From NCBI GenBank assembly GCA_051047955.1, contig JBPGPT010000001.1:744001-808000 (forward strand): a stretch of DNA of 64,000 nucleotides. The letters are read 5' to 3'. The position numbers and the translations under genes were made by a program. The notes beneath the pieces are model-generated. The model saw only the letters and a program-made list of their open reading frames with translations. It ran no database searches and had not been told where the DNA came from. The DNA comes from Cystobasidiomycetes sp. EMM_F5. Its lineage: Eukaryota. Of this stretch, positions 39,635 through 51,682 are shown piece by piece (the first letter of the stretch is position 1; each line of letters opens with the position of its first letter).

Positions 39635-40065
39635 CGAGGTAGCCACATTGACAATCGCGATCGAGGCGCGAAGACACAAGCAGCCCAAAGCAAAGCCGGA
39701 GCAAGAAGAATCCAGAACATGAAACAAGACATACATTGCCAATTTTTATTGCTTATATTGAGATGATTGAATTCTAGAACTACAGAAAGTGAAATGATAT
39801 TCATTCAGACGTGGAGTGAAAGGAGAGATGAGAGTTGAGACAGAATGCATGCAAAAGCTAGGTATGGCTACAGGATGTGTATAAAACGACAAATTCCGAG
39901 CGCGCCTTGTATTTGAATGCATAAAGCTACCACCATCTCGAGGGAACGGGGAGGGAGGGAATGAAGTCATTCGAGTGCACACTCCAAAAGCAAAAAAAAC
40001 CACAAGTCGTGTTGAATCCAAAGGTATTATGTGTGAGGGGATTAGAAGATGACCGACCAGCCAGT

Positions 40066-41226
40066 TTAGAGATCAAGACCGACGAGGACAAACTTCTCGC
40101 TGTTGAAGGCGACTGCGCCTGCAGACGGGTGTACGATAGTACCGCCAACATACAGGAGCGAGTGAAGCGTCTCTTCAAGCAGTCCGTTGGACGTCTCGGC
40201 GCGGTCGAGGCAAATGACGAGCGCATTGCAAGCGTGTTCTTCCTCTGCTACTTCCATGAGCTGGACGAGTCGCTCACTGTCTAGCAGAGACAGCTGGGAT
40301 GCAGCGGGTGCAACATACAGCGTCTTGGTGGCGTGGCTCGATGAAGACAGAACCGAAGCAGTCGTAGCTGCTGCCTTCCTGGCAGACGGTGCGCAAGGCA
40401 GGCTGACCGAGGTTGCAGCGACGCCGTTGCGAGCAAACTCGGTAGCGTAGGTACTACCAAACAGCTTGACGAGGAAGGATGGTGCAGGGCAGCTTACGCC
40501 ATCGAGGGGCGAGACTGGCGAAGAAGCATTCGACAAAGCACCGTCGCTGTCGGCAGACGAGGCAGTCGACGAAAAGGACGCTTCAGACGAGTCGTCGGCG
40601 TCGTCCGATGTCGGAGTAGTAGAGATGGTCGAGTAGGACGACGGAAGAGTCGCAACATTTGCCAGGGTGAGTGGCTGCTTGGCCGATGCGACTTCAAGGT
40701 CGTGGTCAGAGGTCAGGATGGCAATGGCTGGTGGTGGGGAAGGGGGATAGATTCCCTGGCCCAGGTTGCCATCCTTGGACAATGTAGATACTTTGGATAA
40801 AACAGACGTGGTGATGACTTTGTTTTCGATGATTCCGGTAGCGCTTGTAACAATAGACGGGTTGATGGCATTGACGTTCTTGGTCCAGCAGGCGGGGCTC
40901 TCACCTCCGCAGCCTGCACCTCTCGAAGACCGTAGAGAGGCATTTGCACCGTAGCCGACGTCAGGGCCACGACCTGTCTACGCTGCCAAACGTAGAGTAG
41001 GAGGGTGTTCTATTAGTTTATGGGATGATTAGTCAGCAATCTAAGGCGATGAATCTCAATACTTGACCCACCCCGCGAGCGCAGTAGCGGCATTGCTGGC
41101 GCTAGATGCAGCAGCACATAGTTGAGCGAGGAGAGGCCCATCTGCAGCGGGAGCCTGTGCGGCTGCTCCCACTACGGGCCGTAGACTAGCTGGATTTGCT
41201 GGATTCGGATTTGGCGAAATCTCCAT
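40066..41226 (-). CDS. OAZ1: Ornithine decarboxylase antizyme, ORF1 plus +1 frameshifted ORF2
   Basis: ORF1 starts at ATG 41226, has an intron at 41071-41010 and ends ...SYSTFGSVDRSWP-TGA (CCC TGA at 40966-40961). The +1 frame is open to 40066 and encodes the antizyme fold (LVQLMEVAEEEHACNALVICLDR...LHSLLYVGG). Confidence 0.92.
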
Positions 41227-41794
41227 GGTGTCCTGCCAGCGGAACTGGTGCTGGGGTGTTTGTGTGTCAGAGTGTGCTTGTGTATATGTATGTGTGTATG
41301 CGCTCACTGTCGTGGTGTGCTGAGGGTGCAGTGTTTGTGCGTGTCTGTGGTTGGGCGAGGGCAGTCCGACAGCGGGTCTGCATTTCTGGAATGGGCGAGC
41401 AATCGGGAGGGCACTCGCGCTGGGAGTGGCGGTGGATGGCAAGAAATGAAGTTGACAAATGGACAGAAGTGATAGCATATTTACACTAATACACGGATTA
41501 TGCGTCTGTATGTAGGTTTATGGACTGTTTCGAGGTCTTGAAGATAAACTGTACAGTTCAACTTTCGTGTCTAAGAACAGCGACATAGACGCACACTAGA
41601 CTGAATGTACAATGTCCATTGCGTTGTGAGAACTCTCTTTCAATTGCCAGCCTAACTGCTACCTCCAATTCCCACCACCCCGCAATCTTCATTTCTTCCA
41701 TCGCGACCCCATTTTTCCAACTCGATTGGTCGAGGGCTGCAATCTTCTAAGTCACGACATGGCATAACCAGTACACCCAGCACATACTGTAAAC

Positions 41795-42703
41795 ATGGCA
41801 GACGCAGCACCAGCAGCAGGAGGACGCGGTGGATTCGGACGAGGAGGACGCGGTGGAAGAGGAGGACGCGGAAGAGGGCGTCGTGGAGCACGCAAGGACG
41901 AGGAGAAGGAGGTGAGTTGGGTACAAGTATTGCATCAATTGGTGCAAATCATACTGACCCGTTCACAAACAAGTGGGTCCCAGTGACCAAGCTCGGACGT
42001 CTGGTCCGCGATGGAAAGATAAAGTCCATCGAGGAAATCTACCTCGCTTCCCTCCCAGTCAAGGAGTACCAGATCATTGACCTGCTCTTGCCAAGCTTGA
42101 AGGGTGTGTGCAGCATCTCCCCTGTCCTCTCTACCTCTACTGACGCCCCATCCCCCCAAATCAGACGAGGTCATGAAGATTATGCCAGTGCAAAAGCAGA
42201 CTCGCGCCGGCCAACGTACACGCTTCAAGGCATTCGTCGCCATTGGTGACTCTGACGGCCATCTCGGACTCGGCGTAAAGTGCGCAAAGGAAGTAGCTAC
42301 CGCTATTCGTGGTGCCATCATTCTCGCAAAACTGTCCATTGTCCCCGTTCGTCGAGGATACTGGGGTGCTAAACTCGGTGACCCCCACACTGTACCGTGC
42401 AAAGTGTCTGGCAAGTGCGCGTCCGTCTACGTCAAGTGCATTCCCGCTCCACGTGGTACCTCAATCGTTGCTGCCCCAGCTTCAAAGCGCATGCTCGAAC
42501 TCGCAGGTATCCAAGACTGCTACACCCAATCTAGAGGAAACACCTCGACAATGGGTAACTTTATCAAGGCTACATACGCTGCCATCACCCAGACCTACGC
42601 TGTACTCACCCCAGACCTATGGCCAAGACTGGCTCTCCCTGCTGCACCGTACGAAGAGCACTCTTCTCATCTCACCCTCACTGCCAAAAAGTTTACTGCG
42701 TAG
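41795..42703 (+). CDS. RPS2: 40S ribosomal protein S2 (uS5)
   Basis: RGG-rich N-terminus, [28 protein letters not shown] and [12 protein letters not shown]. Confidence 0.98.
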
Positions 42704-43053
42704 AGTAGGAGGATGTCCTAGTCCGCATTGGAACGATAGTCGTGCATCTGCTCGTTGTACTCACAAAGGCGACAAGCGAGCCGGTTGATTACATGTGCAG
42801 ACTGCGTAGCGACATGATTCGTTCAATTCAGCCCCAACGTCAGCTGCAGGGGCGGAGACTGACGGATGAGATTGCTGATTGTTCAAGGCAGTCAGCAAGT
42901 CAATCCCACATCAGTGCGGAGTTCCTGACAAGACCGCGTGATGACCATACGTTTCTTTCCAGACTTATTCATTCTGCGACTTTAAACAGACTGACGAGGC
43001 ATCAGGTCCAGCTAAATCGCTAACGAGCAACAACATCTTCCCCGCACTTGCTC

Positions 43054-44252
43054 TCAGTCCAGCAGATCATTTCCAGGACCGTAATTCATATCCGACTGCT
43101 TGAGAAGGACAATATTCCACAGTTGACGGGGATTGGATCCAGGGTCAGCACAATCTACTGCATTGATAGAATCGTCTTTATCGCTCGCAGAAAGACACTT
43201 GCGATTTCCATTCTTGCTGTTTGAGATGATGGCACAATCTCGTGCGACCCATCCGTCTTTGGCGTCCTGTGCGGCATTTGTCTTGTCGCATGGACATTCA
43301 AAACCCCAGAGCTGAGTGTCTTGTTTGTTGTACCTGCGGTTTTGCGTGCACAGATTAGCATGGCTTTTGGCATAAACTCGTTCAGGTGTACCCACCCGAG
43401 TACGTTCCAAACGATGCCGCTGCAACGTCAGAAGCAGTTTAGCACACGTGAGTTTGCATCGTGCATAGCAGGACTGCCCTTACTTGTCTTTCATTTGCCA
43501 GCCAATATTGGAAACAAATGGATGATCATTCTTGTCACCTAGAAATTTGCGGTTGTATGTGTGGTACGTTTGTATGCTACACGGCGCTGGTCAGTGATGA
43601 GCACATCTGGTGACCCGCAGAGGTTGACGCACCTGTACGTTCCGTTTGCTTCCTTGTTGCTCCATATTCCGTCACCCTAAGGACAGACGATGCTTATCAG
43701 CTCTGTTGTAATCCGCCGCCTCAGTCGTACAATATGGCACGTACATTATCTATCCTGAATGTCTGGCAGCGTTTAGCGGCCCATGACAAGGTGCCTCCAG
43801 GGCCTTGATTGAATTGTCTCAAGGGTCGCGACATGTATTCGTCCCATGTGTTGGCCACTTTGCCGGGCGTAACGCAGTCCGTAACCTGCTCAGATCGAAC
43901 ATACAAATCAGATATATCCGCCGAAACACCTGCGGCATTCGTACATCAATCATCTTGGCATTCGTCAAGCCGCGCTTCTTGTTCCAAGAGGATGCCCCGC
44001 GATTGACGAATTGCACGTAACCGTATGTTGTGATATTGTTTCCGTAGTCCTGTCCATGGGTGTGAAGACATCAGATAAACCAGCCGGGCATCATTCAATC
44101 AAGCTTACATGGAAGAAGTCTGGAGAGCATGGCTTATAATCGTTGCGTAAAGCCAGCGATCTATGAGAGGATGATCTGCTCGGAGCTGCCACGCTAAGCT
44201 GTGGAATGAAAGCAACCAGTGCCAGTAGACAGCAGGGCAGATGACTAAGCAT
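43054..44252 (-). CDS. Secreted Cys-containing protein with QxW motifs (ricin-B lectin-like?), paralog A
   Basis: Signal peptide MLSHLPCCLLALVAFIPQLSVA, many small exons, QLWGFEC and QLWNI motifs; clearly homologous to 44963-46151. Confidence 0.7.
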
Positions 44253-44962
44253 GACGAGAGCGTTTTGAAATCTCTTGCGACAGACGAGGCGAGATACTGA
44301 TGAGACGGTAGATGAAGGTATTTGGTTATCAACGCAAGAGCATTTCAGTAGATTGACGCGTTGCCTTAGAGTCGTCTCGCATCGCACTCGGCTGTGTACG
44401 TCAAACTTGAAGGGAACTCCGGTGACCTCGCATGAAAGGACGAGCGAGGCTCGTCATCGACTGTCGTGAAAGGGCGCGAAACCCTTTCATGTCCTGAGGT
44501 GACAATCGCTCACTTTCTGATTGCACGTATTTGGGGCGGCAAGCTGCCATTTTGGTGGACGGCTGCTGCCGTTGTGAAGCGTGTGAGGTTTCATACTGAA
44601 ATCATGATATATAGCTTCAGTGCAGTATTGGAATCAGAATTCTGCAGCGGGCGGTCATCCTCTGCAGTGTCGGCAGGATAGTATAGTAGAGTGGATGAAG
44701 CCATGACATTTGTGCTCTCATAATTCATCAGTAAAATAAGATCTGAGTAAACGAATCCATGCGAGACTTATGATCGCATAAAGGAAGATGCGGGGTTCTG
44801 CGAGTATGCCCTAGAGTGTGCTAAACTACTCATAGCCTATTGATGTATCATTGCGACCCGTCGCAGACGCAAGCAGGCGTAACATCTCTTGTCAAATGCC
44901 CAGATGGCGCTCTATCTAGGTCATACTAGGTACCAGCTCGACTGACGCCCAATGAGGGAGTA

Positions 44963-46151
44963 CTAATCGACAATATCGTTATTGGCTGGAAGCACCATGT
45001 CAGCCTTATTGACCAAAACGATGTTCCACAGTTGCCAGGGGTCCGTCTGAGTAGGCGCGCAGCGAGCTACCGAAATGGCGTCATTATCCTTGTTGAATGA
45101 CATGCAATATCTTCCTCCCTTCGTGCTGTAGTTAACGACAGCACAATCGCGGGCAACCCAACCGGCGGCTGCATCGCCCGCAGCATTTGTCCGATCGCAA
45201 GGGCACTCAAAGGTCCACAATTGCGTGTCTTGTTTCTTGTAACTACAGATTGCGTATCGCAAGGGTACTGCATGTCAGTCGATGGCCTATTTTTTCGGAG
45301 GATACTGTACTCACCCTAGCAGATTCATGCGTATGCCACTGACACACCGATGTCAGAGAGTGTTAGACCAAAGTAGAACATCTCCGTATCAAGTCCTTGC
45401 AACCCACCCGTCGACCATCTGCCATCCGACACCAGAGGTGAACGTTCTGACCGTTCCGTTCAGGTCCGCTACTCTCTGATAAGTATGATATGTTTGTATG
45501 CTGTATGATCCGTGAGCGCTGAGTCTCAGAGCCGTGCTCAGTATCCTCTCGTACCTATATGTATTATTGGCTTCTTGATTGCTCCACATGCCATCACCCT
45601 ACCAACAAATTGAAATTCAGTCGATTTCAGAATAGTAAGTAGGTGGCATCTTACATTGTCGACTCGGAAGGTTTGGCAGCGCTTAGCAGCCCAAGAAGTT
45701 GTGCCTCCAGGGCCTTGCGCTGCCTTTCTCAGAGGCCTCTTTGCATAATCAACCCAAGTGGTTGCCTGCTTGCCAGGTGTTATGCAATCCGTAACCTAGC
45801 GTAAATCACGTACTTTTAGTATTTTTACGGCACTGTCCTACTACACTGTCTCTCACCTCAATCATCTGAGCATTTGTAAGCCCACGCTTGTTCCATGTTG
45901 ATGCTCCTCGATTGACGAATTGGATATGTCCGTATGCTGGGTCCTGATGGCGGACAGGACTTACGTCAGTGGCCGTGCAGTCAGTAATGTACACCGTGGC
46001 TGACCTTGAAGAAGTTAGGAGAGCACGGTTGACTGCTGTTCTGTGTTGGTGGCGGCGTGACGGTATCGGAGGGGGAGGGGGCGGCAGAGCCGAACTTTAC
46101 GAGGAAAGCAGCCAGTACCCACATGCAAGTGCATCGTGAAGGAAAGTACAT
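44963..46151 (-). CDS. Secreted Cys-containing protein with QxW motifs, paralog B
   Basis: Signal peptide MYFPSRCTCMWVLAAFLVKFGSA. Shares PCSP.FF, QFVNRGAS.WN.KRGLTNA.MI, QGPGGT.SWAAKRCQTFR and KQDTQLW.FECPCD.TNAA with paralog A. Confidence 0.7.
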
Positions 46152-46894
46152 AATTGGAAGTATAGTGAGTGGAGCTTTGTCGCGTCTAGCGAACCTGTGA
46201 GCCAAGCTTGTCAAATTAACGAGAGAACGAAAGGCAAGCAGCTGAACGAGGCCCGTAGAGCTGGACATCAGCACAGCGCACAGCTCAGATGCTACAGAGG
46301 AGCATGGGGTGCAGCGTGGCTATGTTGAGGATCAAAGGACGGTTCTGCGCGGATGACCGTCAAAGTGCAACAAAGGGGTGCCTTACAAAGATTGTGTGGA
46401 AGCTGTGTTAAAGCTGTCATCGCCCACGGAAAAACAATGCCGGGTAGTGTTGCATTGGGGATCACGTTCAGCAACGTCAGGTTGAACCGCCAGCTGCGCG
46501 GCTGTCAAGAGCAACGCGTTTATTGCTGGCAGTGGGTGGGTCACAGATTAGCACAAACAGAAGGTCAACATCCTCCTGGAATATAGCGATAGACAGAATT
46601 CTTCGGCAGCTTTCGTATGCCAGCTAAACTGTATTCGTTACAGATATGCTTCAACGCGAAAAGTCGAGGTCATTACGCGTGTTGCACATACACGCCGACA
46701 CGATTGTCGGTGCAGTCATGAGTGTCTCCATCTACAAACCCGGCCAGTCTTGATCCGTCTGAATGACGGACAATGTTGTATTAATATGGTATAAATCTTG
46801 GTCGAAGAGCGCTGAGATCCACTTGAGCGGAGCCAGTCGATGACTGAGAAGCGATACCGCTGGGTTTAGGGCGAAAAGCACGGCTTGACACCGA

Positions 46895-47893
46895 CTACCA
46901 ATCGAGTTCGCCCTGCAGCTTGCTAAAGAGATAGTCTTTCCCGTCTGCTGCAATAATGCCATCTTTGAGCGTGACTTTCCACTTGTTCTTGACTCTTTGG
47001 ACCTTTTCATATAGCGCGACTACCACATCCCCCTCGTGAGGAGCCGAACCATCCTCATCTTCGGCATTCTCGTCAGACAGCAAGTCGTCTTCGTCCGATT
47101 CGTCCAGATCCGACCCTAGTTCATTAGAGTCTGCATTCGGTAGAGGTTTGGGTGTAGACGATGCTTTGGTTTTGGGTGAGACTACTTTGGATGTCGAAGG
47201 AATCTCTGGCTTGACATCCTGAATGCTGAAGTCAGAGACGCGAAAGTATGCACGGATGCCACAAATTACCTGGTTGATGCTCGTTGGGCCATTCGTATTA
47301 CTCGATTCCGCTAGTCCTTTCGAGCCAGATGTCGATGACTCTGCTGGGGGCGACAGCATTTTCTGGTAGGCACCTAGACGAGGGTCATTTGAAAAGTCGG
47401 TAACTCTCGACTGCGCCAGCTTGGCTTCCCAGGCCTATATATTGCCAGACGGAGGCGCCCGTTACAGTAAAGAAGACCAGCCGAGAGGACAGACGAGACA
47501 GGAGAATGACACATGGTCAACTGGCTGTCCTCACGCCCAACCCCAATAAATGGAAGATGTGACGACTCTAGGAGTGGAACGCTCAGGTAGACGCAGATTG
47601 AATGCGTTGTGACACCACTCAGGATGCACTCAGCTCAATCCACGTCGACCTAAACGGACCAACTCCTAAAAGCCCAAACATCAGAGCTTATCCGTAGACT
47701 CGCCTGTTGGAGGTGAACCAGCACAGCTTCCTCGATTCCATTCTCTTCAAAATCTGGCCGTACTCCGTTGACGACCTTGTCGATGATTGCGCGGTACGTC
47801 GGTGTCTTTGATTCGAGGGTTCCAGTATCAGTCATCAGCGTGCATTTTCGCTAGTATCGCGTCTAGCAAACTCACCACTGCCTTGTTGGACAT
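46895..47893 (-). CDS. TOA1: Transcription factor IIA large (alpha/beta) subunit
   Basis: MSNKAV|...YRAIIDKVVNGVRPDFEENGIEEAVL..LQQ|AWEAKL, an acidic region, and YEKVQRVKNKWKVTLKDGI...GELDW. Confidence 0.95.
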
Positions 47894-48133
47894 GCTGGCC
47901 TACTTTCGCAGACTCAGCGTTGTTACAAGGGCAGGGTTGACCAGTTGGTGCAGAGTCAACGTCTGCGGACTAAGATTCATGAAAGAATGGAATTTGAGCA
48001 AGTCGAATTCAGCCCACCCGGGGGAAAGGTCCGCGAAATATCGGGGCTCGCCTTTGACCAGGCTTCTTGCAACGTTACAGCGAACACGCAGCCGAGCTAC
48101 GTTCTTTAGGCCAGCTCACATTCCTGCCATACC

Positions 48134-49013
48134 ATGATGTTCCATGCTGCTCGCACTGCTGCTCGCCGGGCTGCTCTGAGGACGACTGCGGCACCTCGAA
48201 TGGCGGTCCAGCAAAGAGGGTACGCCGAGGCTGTAGACAGCACAAAGATCAAGCTATCTCTGGTGCTTCCACACGAGGTAAGGGCTGCTCTGTACTGGCT
48301 TGCGCAAGGTGGTCGTGATCTCGCCGTGAAACGATGTTGGTTTGGGCTTCTTTCGTATTCAGGCAATCTACACCTCCACCGAGGTAGTTCAAGTCAACAT
48401 TGCAGCAATGTCGGGAGATATGGGTGTGTTGGCAAACCACGTCCCGTCGGTAGAGCCCCTCAAGCCGGGCGTTATCGAAGTCATCGAGTCTGCCGGGCAG
48501 AGCAAAAAGTGGTTTGGTGAGGATTGGAACGCTCTGCTTCGTTTCATCGCCTTTGCTGATGCTCTGTTCGTACAGCATCCGGAGGCTTTGCCAATATTGT
48601 GCGCTTGGTCACGGAACTACATTGTTTTTTGACTGACTCTTCTCCCGGTTCATTTACCTACAACTACCGTTCTCCATCACAGCACCCCTCTAATCTCATC
48701 ACTATCAACGCCGTTGAGGCGTTCCCGCTGGAAGATTTCTCTCCAGAGGTAAGCATCAGCCATAAATGTTCATTCGCAGTTGTGCATTCTAAACATTATC
48801 TACCGTCCATCCCCGCACCCAATTGCAAACAGGCTATCCGATCTGGACTCCAGGAAGCTCAACGTGTGGCTGCTGGGAGTGGATCTGAGGCCGAGAAGGG
48901 TATGTCGACTATTTTATAGGCTTCCCGAGTTGTGGGATTGACATGGGCGACCTTCAGCGGAAGCAAACGTCGAAGTTGAGGTGTTTGAAGCACTCCAAGC
49001 TGCGCTGCGATAA
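48134..49013 (+). CDS. ATP16: Mitochondrial F1 ATP synthase delta subunit
   Basis: Arg-rich presequence, KLSLVLPHE, QVNIAAMSGDMGVLANHVP, micro-exon ASGGFANI and INAVEAFPLEDF. Confidence 0.95.
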
Positions 49014-49418
49014 AGAATGTCCCACAGCCCGAATGAGCAACGGAACTCAGCATAGAATGTAAATGGTGGACGCTAGCCCACACGGGTTGTCGTGTCTGTC
49101 GTAGTCACCCATTCTAAACCCTGATCGATTGCCCAACTTTGCCCATTTGCACCTCGCCCTTACCCGCCTGGCCGACGGTCAGCTTCAATCGGACAGCAAC
49201 ACGCGACGGTCCGTCAACAAACATCTCGACAAAAGTATGTGGGAGCCATTAGCCAAAACTATGTGCAGCAAGGACTGGACTCCGCCTAGCTGCCTGGGAT
49301 CCTGACTGACTGTTGTGCTTTCTGGCCTTCCCACCTCCTCGCTTTCGTGTGCTTCTTTCCGTTGCCTGACGCCGCCAAAAGCAGCTCCAGCATCCCGCTA
49401 CCTCACTGATACATAGCG

Positions 49419-51293
49419 ATGGCACCAAAGAAGAGCAAGACTCAGCCCGAGCCAGAGAAATTTGAGACTGGCGATATCGTCCTATGCAAGGTCAAGGGCT
49501 ATCCAGAGTGGCCAGGCAAGGTGAGGCTGCAGTTGGCAGTTCTGAGCTCAGTAGCACGCATCTGACCATGTCTGACACTCGCGCTCGCCGCATTCGTATC
49601 TGGCGTTGCTGCTATGCCATCCCATTCCCTACTGGACTCCTTCCCGCGCCGCCCATCGATTTGGGGACGAAACGACATTCTGACTGAATGCGTACATGTC
49701 CTCCTGCTCACTATGGCATGGTGCACCTCTGTGTGTTTTGTATAAACGCGCCCTACCCGCTCGGCCTCTCTGCGTCTAGATTGTCGACGCCTCTACGACC
49801 CCGGAGGAAGTGAAAAAGGCAAAACAAGGCAAAGCCTTCTGTGTCCGATTTTTCCCAGATGGAGACTAGTGCGTGCTGGTATACAGTCGTACTCGTGTAC
49901 AAGAGTAGTGTACTGACGTGTGTGCCGCTTGTCTCTCCCGTCTGTCGTTTATGTCGGTGATATCGCTTGCCTCACATCCCTGATCGCAATGGTGCAAATT
50001 GCCGCGTCTGCCCGGCTATTAACGCGACACCTGGTGTACCCATCTCCCTAATGCCCTGCTTCTGTGGCTGTCCGCATCTACTACAGCTACTGGTTTGGTG
50101 CTCGTGAACTGAAGCCTTTGCCTACAAAAGCGATCGACGCATTCCTGTCCGACAACAGCAAGAAAGCCGGCAAACTCCGCGAGGGATACACAATCGCTCG
50201 CGATCCAGCAGAATGGGAGGCTGAGCAGGCGCGACGGGCCACTGAAGAAGAGGAGGACGTGGAGGAGGATGTCGACATGCTCGAAGAGGATGGCGAGGAA
50301 AAGGTCAATGCTGCCGGAAAGAAGAGGAAGCGAGCTGCTGAGCCAAAGAAGAAAGAGACCAAGAAGTCTGATACCGCTGCCAGCAAGAAGCGCAAGGTGA
50401 GCGTCTATTCATTGCGCTACTGTGCTGCTCAGCTTGCGTACAATAATCAACACTGCAGCAAATTGGCTGAATGCTACCGCTTTCGTTATTTGCAGACTGA
50501 TAACAAGGCGGACAAGGCGCCGAAGGAAAAGGCAGCGAAAGGTGCCGCCGCCGCCACTGATAAAGGCAAGAAGGGTGCGGCTGCGTCCACGGGCGCGGAT
50601 GGTAAGGCAAATCCGGCTCTCCCCAGCGTTTACAGTCTAACCATCGATATTGGCAGAGTCCTCAGAGGGTTTCAAGACAGTAAAAGGCTGGAGAGCCACC
50701 TTACAAAAGGCATTCCTTACCAACGGTGTTCCCCCCGCTGAGGTAAGCAGCTGCGGCTTACGTACCCTCGAGGCCATTGGTGCTCACGCAATCATGCAGA
50801 AAATGCCCGAATTCGACACAGTCTTCAAGAATATGGAAGGTTTCGAAATGCAGACAGAATGGCTTACCGTGAGAGATTCTCAATTTACAGACGCGCATGG
50901 AGTTTCGAGCTGAGGTAGAACAATGTGCTGCAGACGAGCAAGCTTGGCAAGGTAGTCAAGCGCATGTCTTTGCTGAATGATATTGCACGGGACGACGAGT
51001 TCAAGATCAAAGAGCGGTCTCACGCCCTGGCCGAAAAGTGGAAGGAAATGATGGTCAAGGAAGGAGGAGAGGAGGCAGCCGCTGCTGGGGACGTCACCAT
51101 GGCCGCAGGCGATGAAGCAGACTCAAAGAAGGAGCCAACTGCGCAAAAGGATGAGCCAGCTGCCGAACCAGAGGCTAATGGAGATAAGAAAGCGGCCAAT
51201 GGCGACTCGCACGCTGAAGACGATAAGATGGAGACAGACGCGCCAGCCGCAGCTACCACCAATGGCGAGCCTGCTGCCGAAGTCAAAGCCTGA
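49419..51293 (+). CDS. PWWP-domain chromatin protein with a C-terminal helical domain
   Basis: GDIVLCKVKGYPEWPGK|IVD...FCVRFFPDGDY|YWF, a Lys-rich linker, and VKGWRATLQKAFL...SKLGKVVKRM. Confidence 0.85.
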
Positions 51294-51682
51294 GCGTAAA
51301 GGCATGGCTTGTCGTCCGGTTGATAGCGGGAGACCGGGCTTATCAACATTCACTTCATCCTTCCGATAGACATGGTGCGAAATAAACTTCGTAGCTCGTC
51401 TGACATTTGCATTCCCCCAATCTTCCAGTGCGAGAAAGCCATTGTCACAACAGATTTTGTTATGTCTGCACGTGTAGATTGAGGGGCCGTCATTGCTTTT
51501 GTTTATGACCGTCGAGCGGTGTTAATGCAAGATAGCGTTAGATACCTGGTACATTTGGCATCCAACGCGATCTGGATAATGGCTATTCGTACAACGACAA
51601 GGCTCCTGCACAATATGGAGACTGCTTACTTCGTATTGCGTGTATTACTGACGACATCTATGAATGCAGCATTTGAGGCTGT

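Noticed and set aside
41255..41350. TG/CA-rich tract upstream of the antizyme start
   Set aside because: Degenerate microsatellite-like UTR sequence with no regular repeat unit or array structure.
41815..41890. Direct repeats GGAGGACGCGG
   Set aside because: These encode the RGG-rich N-terminus of RPS2; not a CRISPR array or mobile-element repeat.
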